IMG/VR virus record: IMGVR_UViG_3300042516_001671
Location: 1 to 64,000 of that record
DNA: 64,000 bases
Reading direction: 5' to 3' (one strand)
DNA from: a virus
Shown here one piece after another: positions 45,433 through 55,865 of this stretch; position 1 is the first letter of the stretch; the number at the start of each line of letters is the position of its first letter. The notes beneath the pieces are model-generated. The model did not search any database and was not told the DNA's origin. It was given only the letters and a program-made list of their open reading frames with translations. A program made the position numbers and the translations under genes.

Positions 45433-47079
45433 TTATTCCTGGCCGGGCGTTTTAACTTTTTCAATACTCCATCCTGCGGTGTTTACAGAGGATGGCATGG
45501 GAACACCTGCCTCTTGGCTCATTCTGGAAATGGCAGCATCAAGATTGCGGATTTCCTGGCTGTTTTTGAAAGACGTTTCAAAATCTTGTTGCATTTTTTC
45601 CCAAGCATCAGTCTTTTCTTTTGGTGCGTTGGGTGCGGAAGCGGCCATTTGAGCCAGTTTGACTGGAGTGCTGTTTAACCAATCCGCCCTTGCTTTTTGA
45701 TACGTTTTGTTCCGGTTGTCCAGTGCTACGGTCAACCTCTGCAGACCGATCATTTCTCGCCCTTGTGCCGCGGAATCTCTTGAGGCCCTTGCCGCCGATT
45801 CCCGAGCTTTAACATCTTGAAGCCTAGTATCGATCTCGGCTTGCGTCTGCCGCATTCTGACGTTGTTATCGGCAATCTTCTGATCCGTCTCCCGCTTCAG
45901 ATCTGCGTCACGGTTTTGGATGGCATACTTCCTCTGTTCTTCCAAAAACTCAGACTCTTGATACTGAGAATTGAGAAGACGAACCTTCTCGTTGAGAACA
46001 GAGATGCCCTCTTCTGCCTTCTCGGCCCTAGCTCTCCTGCCAGCAAGAATAGAGGATAGGCCCCCGGCCAGGGAGCCCATCGTCTTGCCGCGCTGAGGAT
46101 TGATGCTTGCCGCAAGTGAAAGCAGGGCTTCAGGATCATCAATCAACGGACGCCGGGCAGCATCAATCCTTCCTTGAAGTTGCCTGATTCCTTCTGAACG
46201 AATCTTCTCCGCGTCCTGTTGAGACCGTTGAAGCCTTCCCGCTGAGAGTTGTTCCATGCGCTGCCGCGCAGCCAACACCTCTGGAGAGATGGCCGCCCCC
46301 TCTTGGACGATTCGATTTCGTTCTTCTTCCGCTCTTTCAAGTCTTTGAGAGTAGGGCGAAAGACCTGTTGGAGCCTCTGCCGCAGGCGAAGTTGCGGCGG
46401 GCGGAGTAAAGATCGAGGTAAGCGGCGTCACGCCGGTCGCAGAGCGTGCGGCGGGCGGAGATGACGAAGCGGCGGTGCGGGCAGGTGTTTGAGCAGCAGA
46501 CCGCCCTTGCGCCAACCATGGATGCTGCTGCAGCATCCGTTGCACTGCAGGCTCAGACCCGGATGCTTGAACAAATTCAAATTGCTGGCGAATCCTTTGG
46601 CGCCGAGCCTCTTCAACTCGCGCAGCATCTTCTTGGTCAGTGACACGTGAGCCGCCAAAGCTAGGATCAAGCTGAGCAACGATGTCCCCGTCAAGATCGC
46701 CAACCTCCCCGCCAGGGGCATAAGACTTCATCTCCCCACCAGAAGCAGCCATGACAGCCATGACCTGATCTGCCACTGGAGGCGTTTGTTGCGCCGCAGC
46801 ATTCTGGGCTTGAGCTTGTTGGCCCATGGCTCCTTGTTGTAGAGCCTTGGCCTTCATCGCATCGGCATAAGCAGAAGCAACAGCCCACTTGGGCCGCATG
46901 TCATTTGGGTCGTTGTAGATCCTGATCAGGTCTTCTGCTGGGATCTGTTTCAACGCCCTGGTGTATGCAACAGGGTTTCGCCCTTGTTGTGCAGGAAGGG
47001 CTGTAAACGCCCCTGCTTGGCCGGGCATGGCAGGTTTGTTTCCGCCTTGGATAAGGGATTGAAGACCTGCCATGATCAT
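45433..47079 (-). CDS. Internal/ejection protein with AASGG and YAPGG motifs
   Basis: Helical Q/A-rich, glycine zipper GSLAGGLSSILAG; position before the polyvalent protein. Confidence 0.7.
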   Translation of the reverse strand: MIMAGLQSLIQGGNKPAMPGQAGAFTALPAQQGRNPVAYTRALKQIPAEDLIRIYNDPNDMRPKWAVASAYADAMKAKALQQGAMGQQAQAQNAAAQQTPPVADQVMAVMAASGGEMKSYAPGGEVGDLDGDIVAQLDPSFGGSRVTDQEDAARVEEARRQRIRQQFEFVQASGSEPAVQRMLQQHPWLAQGRSAAQTPARTAASSSPPAARSATGVTPLTSIFTPPAATSPAAEAPTGLSPYSQRLERAEEERNRIVQEGAAISPEVLAARQRMEQLSAGRLQRSQQDAEKIRSEGIRQLQGRIDAARRPLIDDPEALLSLAASINPQRGKTMGSLAGGLSSILAGRRARAEKAEEGISVLNEKVRLLNSQYQESEFLEEQRKYAIQNRDADLKRETDQKIADNNVRMRQTQAEIDTRLQDVKARESAARASRDSAAQGREMIGLQRLTVALDNRNKTYQKARADWLNSTPVKLAQMAASAPNAPKEKTDAWEKMQQDFETSFKNSQEIRNLDAAISRMSQEAGVPMPSSVNTAGWSIEKVKTPGQE

Positions 47080-47927
47080 CCCGTCGTGGTGTTGGACTGG
47101 TTCCCGAACAGCATCTGATACAGAGCCAGCCCGCCGATGCCGCCTTGGGTCAGCGCCCCCAGCAAGGAGTCGCCTTCACTGTACTTCGGAGCTTCAAGCG
47201 GGAGGCCCTGCAAGAGGCTCTGCATGTACGTCGCCTGCTGGTAGGGATACTTCAGAGACTCCTGGAACTGCTGGTAGCCAAAGTCCAACGGCTGTTGAGC
47301 GATGGCCCGCTCTTTCTCGCCCGCAGCCATTTGCTGCTGGAGTGCATCCAGCCCGAACTTGGCGCCGTACTGCTGCGCCTGCTCGCCGTACTGTTGGGAT
47401 TTCAGCCCAAGCTCAGACTCGGCAAGACGTTGTTTCTGGGCCTGATCAAACGCAGCCTGCAATCCCTTGATGTTGATGTCCGAGATCTGTTGACCCAGGT
47501 TGCGCTGCCGCTCCGCCTCCATGATCGCCTGTCGGCTACCGCCGTAGGCGCCCGCTTGAGCAAGCCGCGCCTGCTCCGATTGGCGGCTGATGTCAGCCTG
47601 CCTGCGGGCTTCCCGTGCAGCGATGTCAGTGACATTACTCGTATACGGGTTCATGTAGTCTTGAACAGAACCCAGAGCGCCAAGACCCGTGTTGAACTGC
47701 GTTGGGTTGTACGTGCCCAGGTTCTGAAATCCTGTAAACGCGTTCTTTAGCGCATCAGGCGTTGCAGCAAACCGATCACCTGTAAACGGCTGGTAGGCTT
47801 GATTGGCCGCGCCCCATCCTTTGGACAACATGTCCTGAACATAGGGTCCGAAGCTGGCAGAGAGCGTGGACTGACCCGGGGTGATCGCCGGGCTGGTCGT
47901 GCCGGTAGTTGTGGTGACATCCATCAC
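47076..47927 (-). CDS. DNA injection/pilot protein
   Basis: YMNPY...AGAYGGSRQA motif, Q-rich helices, C-terminal glycine zipper. Confidence 0.72.
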   Translation of the reverse strand: MMDVTTTTGTTSPAITPGQSTLSASFGPYVQDMLSKGWGAANQAYQPFTGDRFAATPDALKNAFTGFQNLGTYNPTQFNTGLGALGSVQDYMNPYTSNVTDIAAREARRQADISRQSEQARLAQAGAYGGSRQAIMEAERQRNLGQQISDINIKGLQAAFDQAQKQRLAESELGLKSQQYGEQAQQYGAKFGLDALQQQMAAGEKERAIAQQPLDFGYQQFQESLKYPYQQATYMQSLLQGLPLEAPKYSEGDSLLGALTQGGIGGLALYQMLFGNQSNTTTG

Positions 47928-48676
47928 GCTCTCCTTTGAAGCTGGTTCATCAGCGCGTAGAGTGCCTTGGCGCCGCCTGCTTGGTTGACTGCACGCTTGG
48001 GCACGTAGGCTTCTCCGTTGGACACCCTGGCCGGGGTGTTCCCATCGATTGTCGCAGGGATGTGGTCGCTTGTGCCAGTCCCCGGGCCCACAATCGGTCG
48101 AGCGCCGGGAAGCATTTGAGCAATACCCCTTGGGCCCCCAGCGCCGTCCACCGCCCGCTTGGTCATCACGAAGCCGCCATCCTCCATGCGAAGAGGGTTC
48201 TTGTGGGTGCCTGTGACAGCACCGCCATGGGCATAGGCGTGCATAAGACCGCCTTGGGCAGCGTACTGAGCGATGGGCCCGTACTTCCCCTGCACCATGG
48301 TGCGGTTCGTCGGAGTGGGAGATGCCACCTGGGTATAACCGCCGCCCGAAGGACTGGCGCGGTTCAGTGCCCCAAGAAGCGCCATCAGACCCACTGTGCC
48401 GCCCATCCCGACGCCGGATCTCATCAGGCTGTTGAACGCCTGCATGGACGGGTTTGAGAGAAACGCCCTGAGAGGGTCAAGGGCGCTGGCTTGATATGAC
48501 CCCGCTGCTGTGGGATTGTTGGCACCAGATACGCCGGGGCCTTCTTGCGCGGCGGTTTCTGACATACCGCTGAGCCACGTATAGGCCGGAGGAATGTCGT
48601 ACCCCAATGCGGCGTTTACATCCGCATCAGACACACCGGGCAAGTAATAATCTTCAGCGGTGTAATAATCATCCAT
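47924..48676 (-). CDS. Internal virion protein with AAQGG/YAHGG and GPGTGTSD.IPA...SNGE motifs
   Basis: Motifs in translation; hydrophobic Gly-rich helix; start re-called after GGAGG. Confidence 0.72.
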   Translation of the reverse strand: MDDYYTAEDYYLPGVSDADVNAALGYDIPPAYTWLSGMSETAAQEGPGVSGANNPTAAGSYQASALDPLRAFLSNPSMQAFNSLMRSGVGMGGTVGLMALLGALNRASPSGGGYTQVASPTPTNRTMVQGKYGPIAQYAAQGGLMHAYAHGGAVTGTHKNPLRMEDGGFVMTKRAVDGAGGPRGIAQMLPGARPIVGPGTGTSDHIPATIDGNTPARVSNGEAYVPKRAVNQAGGAKALYALMNQLQRRA

Positions 48677-48677
48677 A

Positions 48678-51347
48678 TCATCCTCCGTAGGGCAATCCAT
48701 AGGGCGACATTCTCAGCCCTGCTTGAACATCTGCAATGTTGGGCCGATCCTGTTCTTGCTTCTTCTGCTGATTCATCATTGCCATCAGCGCGAATAAGCC
48801 CTGTAGGTCTCCCATTGGCGAGCGGGTGGGCGCGGGTGGGCGCGGCGCCGGAGCGGGTGCTGGGGCTGGTGCCGGCGCAGGAGCGGGCGCAGGAGCAGGC
48901 GACGGGGCCGCGATGACATTCCCCGCGTAGTCCACGATGTTGCCCGTGGAGGACTCAAGTCCTTGATCTGCGCCGCCAGGGACGATAGCACCAGGGACGC
49001 CATTCAGTTGCTCCAACAGGTCAAAAATTTCCTGCCCATAGTCCCCTTCGGTAGCAGCAGTATCTAGCGTCAGCGTGCCGCCGTAGGTTGGGTCAAAGAC
49101 GCTTTCTTGCGTTAGGTCGTAACCTTCATCCACGCTTCCGACGCCACCCTCTGGCGGCAAAGTAGGAAGAATCTCTTCCAGGATTTGCTCCCACTCGTCC
49201 TTTGCTGGTAAACCAGTATCAATGACAGGTCGTTGGGTCGCGACATCTTCATCAATGTACTTGAAGATGTCATCAAGCGACGGGGGAGGCGGCTCAACAG
49301 GAAGTGGTTCCGCAAAGGTCGGCTCTGCAGGAGGCTGCTCAACAACCGGTAATTCAACAAACGGCGGCTCTACAGGCGGTGGCTCAACAAACGGTGGTTC
49401 GGTAAGAAATGGCTCCTCAAACTCAGGAAAAAAGGGCGGCGGCTCAACAGGCGGTGGTTCTGTAAGAAGAGGCTCTTCAAACTCGGGGAAAATGGGTGGC
49501 GGCTCAGCAAGAGGCGGCTCAGCAGGAGCGGGTTCGGTAAGGGGCGGCTCCTCAAACTCGGGGAAAAGGGGTGGTTCTGCAACAGGCAGCTCTACAGGAG
49601 GCGGCTCTGTAAAAAGCGGTTCTTCAAACTCCGGGAATAGCGGCGTCTCTTCAAAGAACGGAGGCTCAACAGGAGGCGGCTCTACGGGCTCAGGCTCAAC
49701 AGGCGCCAAGTCGTAAATATTGGGCGTGAAGTATTCCGGCTCGGGCTCGAAGAACGGCGGCGCTGTGACCTCTACCGGGGGCTCATCAGACGGAGGTGCT
49801 TCTGTTGCTTCGCTGGGTGTCGTGATGTACGGCTCAACGAATTCATCCTTCGGCTGTTGAGTTTCTGGAGTGAAGATGTCGGGCTCTGCTGGCTCTGTGG
49901 GCAGCGTGACCGGCGGATTGATGTTCAGCAGTTCTTCTGCAAGATCTTCAATCGTTCTTTCAGTCTCAAAATCCCCGCTAAAAACATCTCCTTCACCGCC
50001 TGTAAACGCGTCTTCTTCAGACACAACATCGCGTGACGGCTGAACTACATCCAGGGCCCGTGAAGGATCTCTGTATGCCTGATCAATAACGGCTTGCTGT
50101 TGATTTTCTTCAAGCTGTTGGACAAAGTCAGTAGCCGCCGTGAGCGCCTTCATCGGGTCGATCTTGCCGGAGGTGCCAAGCTCAACAGCCCCCCGAACAA
50201 CGCTTGACGGCAGACCCAAAGTCTCACTAGCAGACCCAATAGCGGAGCCTGTCAAACTACCCACGACAGCGTCGCCAAAGTCCTGCTTGCCGCTAAGCTC
50301 CCCCATGATGCCGCTGGTGATGGCACGCTCTGCAGCTTTCTCCAATGGGCCAAGGGATTCAGGCACAAGGCCGCTAACAACACTGGACACACCTGTGCCG
50401 GCCAAGGGCAAAACGCCTGCCTTGGCTACATCGCCCAGGTCACCGCCAGTGATTGCGGACAAGCCCGCATTCACAATGCCCTTACCTACCGCAGCCGTTA
50501 CTGCAGCTTCCGAGACCCCCAATGCGCCTGCAATGCCCTTGGCTGCTTCAGCAGGAAGAAGCGCATTGCCAAGGGATGAGATTGCCTCTCCCCCGTAGCC
50601 AGGGATACCGACGACGGTTGTGGCTACCGGCAGCACAAAGTCCTTAAAGAAGGACTTGATGTCGTCGTCGTCGCCCGTCTTGGTCTGCGCAACAACCTCT
50701 CCAGACGGCAGTTTGAATCCCGTGTAGTTGTTGTAGTTATGGAAATTGCTGCGCTTGGAAACAAAGTCGTAGCCCTCTGCCCGCTTTTGGTCTACGAACT
50801 GCTGCAGTGCCCTTGTGGGATTGCCCTGCATGAAGCCGCCTTCACTATCGTAGCCGACTTCAAACATTTGCCCCTTGAACCCAAGCTGCGGCGCAACTTG
50901 AGCCCAACGGCTGTAATCTACCGGGCCCTGAGACGGCACGCCTCCTTCGTCAGTCTGAACGTAGTCAGGAACCCATTCGGAGTAGATCTTTGACGCGGGC
51001 TCGTATGCTTGCGTAAACGGCAGTACCGCAGACTCCCAAGAGCCAAACGCTTTCTTGCTGAAAAACGGAGATGCCTTTTCAAAGCCTTCCAGCACCTTCA
51101 TTGCATAGCCAAGGCGCTCCTGATCTGATGCCTTGGAAACATCCTCTGGGACGCTGTCGGCTGCGTCGGTGTAGTCACGAATGACGCGCTGCCCTGAGCC
51201 CTTGACATTGGTTCCCCAAGCGTCAAGAACCTTGTCAACCGCTGACTTGACCTTGGGGTCAACCACGCTGCGCTGCGCCATCAAGGCAGCCGGCATAACC
51301 GGCCCGAAGGAGTAGTCGATTGCGGAGTTATCAGGAGCTGTTGTCAT
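48678..51347 (-). CDS. Internal virion protein with glycine zippers and Pro/Glu-rich repeat region
   Basis: 889 aa; EPPPVEPP.FPEFEEP repeats, (PA)n tract. Confidence 0.75.
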   Translation of the reverse strand: MTTAPDNSAIDYSFGPVMPAALMAQRSVVDPKVKSAVDKVLDAWGTNVKGSGQRVIRDYTDAADSVPEDVSKASDQERLGYAMKVLEGFEKASPFFSKKAFGSWESAVLPFTQAYEPASKIYSEWVPDYVQTDEGGVPSQGPVDYSRWAQVAPQLGFKGQMFEVGYDSEGGFMQGNPTRALQQFVDQKRAEGYDFVSKRSNFHNYNNYTGFKLPSGEVVAQTKTGDDDDIKSFFKDFVLPVATTVVGIPGYGGEAISSLGNALLPAEAAKGIAGALGVSEAAVTAAVGKGIVNAGLSAITGGDLGDVAKAGVLPLAGTGVSSVVSGLVPESLGPLEKAAERAITSGIMGELSGKQDFGDAVVGSLTGSAIGSASETLGLPSSVVRGAVELGTSGKIDPMKALTAATDFVQQLEENQQQAVIDQAYRDPSRALDVVQPSRDVVSEEDAFTGGEGDVFSGDFETERTIEDLAEELLNINPPVTLPTEPAEPDIFTPETQQPKDEFVEPYITTPSEATEAPPSDEPPVEVTAPPFFEPEPEYFTPNIYDLAPVEPEPVEPPPVEPPFFEETPLFPEFEEPLFTEPPPVELPVAEPPLFPEFEEPPLTEPAPAEPPLAEPPPIFPEFEEPLLTEPPPVEPPPFFPEFEEPFLTEPPFVEPPPVEPPFVELPVVEQPPAEPTFAEPLPVEPPPPSLDDIFKYIDEDVATQRPVIDTGLPAKDEWEQILEEILPTLPPEGGVGSVDEGYDLTQESVFDPTYGGTLTLDTAATEGDYGQEIFDLLEQLNGVPGAIVPGGADQGLESSTGNIVDYAGNVIAAPSPAPAPAPAPAPAPAPAPAPRPPAPTRSPMGDLQGLFALMAMMNQQKKQEQDRPNIADVQAGLRMSPYGLPYGG
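49280..49790 (-). repeat. Degenerate tandem repeats encoding EPP(P)VEPP / FPEFEEP
   Basis: Recurrent GGCGGCTC..CAGG and CTC.TCAAACTC.GG units. Confidence 0.85.
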
Positions 51348-52693
51348 GTCAGATCCCAGAACGCCATCGTGCCGATGGCATCATGCGTGCCGCTCAGTGC
51401 GCGAACCGCGATGGTGTAGGTATCGCTTACCCCCGCCAGAGTGGCGCCAAGCTGCAGATCCCAGTTGTAGTCGGCGCCATTGGCGATTGGTGCAGACGAT
51501 TGCGTTGATGCCACGACATAGCTTGAGAAGATGATCGTGCCCCCGGTCAGGGCAGTGGCCGACAGGTCTTGCTCCACATTAGCCGATGGGGACGCTGCCC
51601 AAGAGGCGCCGGTCAAGGTGGCATTCTTGATCATCGCCACTTCAAACGTGACGGTTGAGGTCGCGGTTGGCAGCACCGAGTACCCGTCCGGGATCACAAC
51701 CGCCCCCGTTCGTCCAGAAGCCAGCCTGATAGACATCAGAGGCACAAAGTTGACACCAATGTTGGTGTTGGCCGTCGTCATGCGGACAACGTCAGTAGCC
51801 ACTCGCTTCTCATAGCCACCCTCAGAAATCACCGTGGAGCAGATCTGCTTGAGCGTAGCCGCAGTGCTGACCCCAGTGTTGGTGATCTCGTACCTGACCG
51901 GCAGGATTGCCGTGGTCATGTAAACGCTGGTCAGGTTGTTGGCGTTTTGGAACGTGTGGCAGATGATGACCTGACCGTTGATGACAAACCCAGCCCGGAC
52001 GGAGCCAACACCAAGCCACTCGAAGTCTTCCCAGAAGATCTGCGCCTTGGTCAAGTCAAGCGTGAAGCCCGAGTCTCCGGTGCCATTGAGCTTGTCGCCG
52101 TTCCAATCGGCCTGGGCCACGCGGGTGTCCACCGCCACCCCCGTGACATACGTCCTGCGGACGATGTACACCGTGGTGCCGTCGCGCTCCAGGAACACCC
52201 CGTTTTCGGTGTTGAAGTAACCAATACGGATGCGTTGGTTCTCGTTTGCCGTGGGCATCACGAAGGTGTTCAGCACCAGCAGGCTTTTCCCAGGCTGGTA
52301 AGAGAATGACCGATACGTCTGGCGCACAACCTCCGAGCCGCTGCTCGTGGTGACGTTTAACTCAACCGTGCTGGAGTTGGCGCTGTAGGTCACATTGCCG
52401 CCCGTAGCGGTGCTCTCACTGAACAGGTCGTTCTTGGCGTAGCGGTTCTGGCTGTCGAACAGTGTGAAAGGCTGGCTGAAGCGAGCGCGTCCAAACGCAT
52501 CCAGCGCGGAGCCGTAGAAATTAACCGCCACTGGGGATGCGCTCACAATCTGCTCCAGGAGGTTGTCAAGCTGGTTGAAGTAAATCCGCAGAACGCTCAG
52601 CAGCTTGTCGAAGTACTGCGGATCGTAGGTGCGCGAGGCGACCGGCAGTGCCGGAGCCTTGAACCGCTTGATGATGTTGGCCCAGATACTCAC
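51344..52693 (-). CDS. Tail-associated protein (short N-anchor + DAFGR beta-sandwich domain)
   Basis: APALP.....YD......L...LRIYFNQLD then DAFGR...P.TLFD...YQPGKS...WLGVG.VR. Confidence 0.7.
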   Translation of the reverse strand: MSIWANIIKRFKAPALPVASRTYDPQYFDKLLSVLRIYFNQLDNLLEQIVSASPVAVNFYGSALDAFGRARFSQPFTLFDSQNRYAKNDLFSESTATGGNVTYSANSSTVELNVTTSSGSEVVRQTYRSFSYQPGKSLLVLNTFVMPTANENQRIRIGYFNTENGVFLERDGTTVYIVRRTYVTGVAVDTRVAQADWNGDKLNGTGDSGFTLDLTKAQIFWEDFEWLGVGSVRAGFVINGQVIICHTFQNANNLTSVYMTTAILPVRYEITNTGVSTAATLKQICSTVISEGGYEKRVATDVVRMTTANTNIGVNFVPLMSIRLASGRTGAVVIPDGYSVLPTATSTVTFEVAMIKNATLTGASWAASPSANVEQDLSATALTGGTIIFSSYVVASTQSSAPIANGADYNWDLQLGATLAGVSDTYTIAVRALSGTHDAIGTMAFWDLT

Positions 52694-54843
52694 GATTTGC
52701 GCCCGTCAGGACGAAGATCGATCCGGAACTTGCCCAACTGCCACTGCACGCCCAGCGAGTTTGAACGCGCCTTGACCGCCATCTGCCTGCCGCGCACGCG
52801 GATGTACAGGTTGCCCTGGTAGGGTGTGATGGTGCCTGAGAAGCGCTCGACGCCGTTGTTGGCGTCACGCTGGATCGTGCGCTCGTTGTTGAGTGCCACC
52901 GACATGTTGGCCGAAGGCGCCACGTTCGTCACCCCCCGCGTGTACCCGGAGCCCGAGTTCTGCAGGGGCAGGAGCGACATATTCAGGGACTGGTTCTCAA
53001 CCGCTGTGGTAGACCCTGCAAAAGTCACATCAGGCAGCATCCGCGTGACAAAGCCAAAGTTGTGGCCGTCGTCAATGTCGAATTCGGAGGAAACGATGTA
53101 GGAGTCAATAGCCACTGGAGGATTCACCGACCCGTCGTCACAACCGATCTCGTGGTACAGCAGTTGATAGTTGTAGTCCGCTGCTACGGGGATGTTGGAA
53201 AAGACACTGGCGTCGTTCCAAGCCGTCCGAGCCATGCTGCCGTAGTACCAGATCTTTTCAGCGTAGTTGTAGACGGCGTAGCGGTCAACCGTAGTTGAGG
53301 AAGCGGAGCAGTAGAACCACCACACTTCACTGAACTGCTCAACGGTGGACGCAAAGACCTGAAGGTTTTGGCCTTGATTGAAGTCGTCAAAGATGAACTT
53401 GCGGATGTCGCACTGAAGCGTGCTCGTGCGCCCGTCGAAGACGTAGAACTTCTCGTCGCCCATCCAGTACACCACGCCCGCCGCCACAGCCCAGGCGCGG
53501 TCACTGACGATGGTGACGTTGTCAGCAAGGATCTGCGAGCCCCAGACGATGGGCGGGCCGAGGTACTGCAGGGAGTACAGCGCCGTGTCCGTCCAGACCA
53601 GGATCTCCTGACGCGTTTGCGCCACGGCAGCGATTGCCGAGCCCCGAGACAGCGTCAGACTTCCCGCCTGCCCCGTAGCGGCGGGGGTCCAGTTGGCGGC
53701 GCTTTCCTGATCCGACCAGCGAATCAGCATGGGGTTGAGCGTGGTCGAGCCATAGTCCGTCGTGCCGAAGGCTAGGACGAAGCGCGAGGCGTCGGAGACA
53801 AGCCGGAAGAGCGCCGCAGACGGCGTGTCGCTGGCGCCGGGCAGGGTGGAGATGTCTACACCACGGTTCGTGAATCCCGCTGAAGAGTCCCAGTAATAGA
53901 TCCCGCCGCCCTTGGGGCCGTAGATTAGATCCTCACCGAAGTTGGCGTGGTTCCACAGCCCGATCTGCAGGGGGTTGCCGAAAGTGAACGCCCCGCCCCC
54001 GCCCCAGCTACCGCTGCCCCAGCCGCCCCCGCCCCAGCCCGTGCTTGTCGTACTGGTAACCTGTTGGAGTTCCGACCCAGCGCTGACTTGGTAGTTAGAC
54101 ACTACCCCTGCACCACCTGAAGCACTAGAGGTAGCGTTGGTGGACGCTTGGATGAAATACGTAGCTACGTTCTCAGCGCCAAGCTGCGCGCCCGCAGGGA
54201 TGTCGCTCGTAAACGCACTGCTGAGCGTGTACACGCCCGCCCCGCCCGTACCAGTGATTGTGCGCGTCTCACCGTTGTAATCCAGCGAAGCACCGGAAAC
54301 AATGATCCCTGGAGAGTTGACTGCACTGACAGTCAACGTAGTGCCGCTGGATGAGCAAGTGATCAGCGTGACGTTCGAGAGGATTTGATACTCGGAAGTA
54401 CCGCCGACACCTGCGGTATTGAGGTTTATGCCACCAATAGTCCCGGGGGACGTAAAGGTGACGTAGGAACCCACCGTGAGCAGTCCGTTGACGAACGTCC
54501 CGACACCGGTAGAGGTGTCAACCACGGCGACATACGGGAAGCCGTTATAGGTGTTGAGAGACGTCAGCGCCCCAGTGACTCGGATCGGCGTGATGTCGTA
54601 GTACTGCCCGTAGTACACGTAGTACTTCAGGTGCGTGCCAAGGCCCAGGTAGATGTTCCAAGGCCACAGGGCACGACAGACACCCAGGAAGGTATCGTTG
54701 TTGAGTTGTTGCCAGCCGCCGATCTTCTCCGGTTGCCCGGAGCGAAAACGCACTTTGTCGCACTCGTACCATCCGCCTTCTGCGGAGTAGCGGGTGTTTT
54801 CCCGGAAGATCCCGGGACGAAGTTGTAGCGTCTTCAGGGGCAT
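52690..54843 (-). CDS. Tail nozzle / P22 gp10-like stabilisation protein
   Basis: PGI.RE.T.Y..EG.W..C.KVRFR.G.PEKIGGW...IRWSDQE...W....RTAW...R.RGRQ...D.RPDGR. Confidence 0.82.
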   Translation of the reverse strand: MPLKTLQLRPGIFRENTRYSAEGGWYECDKVRFRSGQPEKIGGWQQLNNDTFLGVCRALWPWNIYLGLGTHLKYYVYYGQYYDITPIRVTGALTSLNTYNGFPYVAVVDTSTGVGTFVNGLLTVGSYVTFTSPGTIGGINLNTAGVGGTSEYQILSNVTLITCSSSGTTLTVSAVNSPGIIVSGASLDYNGETRTITGTGGAGVYTLSSAFTSDIPAGAQLGAENVATYFIQASTNATSSASGGAGVVSNYQVSAGSELQQVTSTTSTGWGGGGWGSGSWGGGGAFTFGNPLQIGLWNHANFGEDLIYGPKGGGIYYWDSSAGFTNRGVDISTLPGASDTPSAALFRLVSDASRFVLAFGTTDYGSTTLNPMLIRWSDQESAANWTPAATGQAGSLTLSRGSAIAAVAQTRQEILVWTDTALYSLQYLGPPIVWGSQILADNVTIVSDRAWAVAAGVVYWMGDEKFYVFDGRTSTLQCDIRKFIFDDFNQGQNLQVFASTVEQFSEVWWFYCSASSTTVDRYAVYNYAEKIWYYGSMARTAWNDASVFSNIPVAADYNYQLLYHEIGCDDGSVNPPVAIDSYIVSSEFDIDDGHNFGFVTRMLPDVTFAGSTTAVENQSLNMSLLPLQNSGSGYTRGVTNVAPSANMSVALNNERTIQRDANNGVERFSGTITPYQGNLYIRVRGRQMAVKARSNSLGVQWQLGKFRIDLRPDGRKS

Positions 54844-54847
54844 AGCA

Positions 54848-55375
54848 TTACCTCAAGAACAGCGTCCGCTCATCACGGCGGCGCTTGACGAGGCCCGGAA
54901 GTTCTTTGCCGCCACCTTTGGTCCACTGCATGAACGCATCAGCAGCCCCTTCAATATCACCGCGATTGGCCTTCATGCGGATCTGACTGCGCTGGAGGTT
55001 GCCTAGCCCTGCATTGAACGCAAAACTGACCAAAGCGTCGAACCGGCCTTGATGACCAGCACAGCCGGGAACCAGACGAAGAACGCCTCGTTCAAAAGCA
55101 GCGACATCCATCGAGAATAGTCTCTCGATCTCTTCCTTGGACCAGACACGGTTGTCCTCCGGCTTGAGCGGGTACTCCCGACGGATCATCGGGATGTCCT
55201 GCGTGGTCTTGTCAGGCGGACGCACCATGGGTAGGCGAATCTGATCCTGATACAGAACATGCCCGTACCCAATGGTCCAGATGTGCGCAGGGCACAGGTA
55301 GGGCCGCGTGCGGTAGCCCTCGTACCTGTGCATGAGATCTGCGCCAACCGGGCTCAGTTTCACTTCTTGCTCCAC
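54848..55375 (-). CDS. Endolysin (GH24 lysozyme)
   Basis: EG....PY.CPA..WTIGYGH, FDALVSFAFN.G, GLVKRR..E. Confidence 0.92.
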   Translation of the reverse strand: MEQEVKLSPVGADLMHRYEGYRTRPYLCPAHIWTIGYGHVLYQDQIRLPMVRPPDKTTQDIPMIRREYPLKPEDNRVWSKEEIERLFSMDVAAFERGVLRLVPGCAGHQGRFDALVSFAFNAGLGNLQRSQIRMKANRGDIEGAADAFMQWTKGGGKELPGLVKRRRDERTLFLR

Positions 55376-55863
55376 TGCCGACTCCCGAACCAGAAGCTGA
55401 TGATGCCGCTTAACATCACCATTTCATCTTCGCTAAAGATGATGGCCGTCACGCGGATCAGGTCATCAACACTCTGGATCAGGCCAGGATGCTTCCAGAC
55501 ATAGAGCGTCAGGGCTGCGTTGATCAACACAAGCTCGATGATGAAGATGTAGGTGACCGTGGGGCGCACCGTCCCAACGTAGTTCGCCACCCACCGGCTG
55601 GCACGATCCAAGACCTTCTCGTCGTGCTGCAGCGCAGCCTGGGTCATCTGCGCCTCAGTCTGCATCGCAACCTGCTCGGTGCGGATCTCCTCCATCTTGG
55701 CCTGGGCGGCATAGCCCTGGGCGGCAAGCTGAAGCTCGCGCTCCGTCTGGAGCCGCGCCATTGCGATCTCGTGCTTCTGGTCGGACTTGTTCTGGAAGAA
55801 CTCCAGCAGTTTTGGCAGACCGCTGATCAGGAGGCCACCGAGGGTGGAGAGCAGGCTGAGCAT
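55360..55863 (-). CDS. Holin-like membrane protein
   Basis: VRP.VTY + TM helices + FWFGSR terminus; adjacent to endolysin. Confidence 0.7.
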   Translation of the reverse strand: MLSLLSTLGGLLISGLPKLLEFFQNKSDQKHEIAMARLQTERELQLAAQGYAAQAKMEEIRTEQVAMQTEAQMTQAALQHDEKVLDRASRWVANYVGTVRPTVTYIFIIELVLINAALTLYVWKHPGLIQSVDDLIRVTAIIFSEDEMVMLSGIISFWFGSRQWSKK

Positions 55864-55865
55864 GA

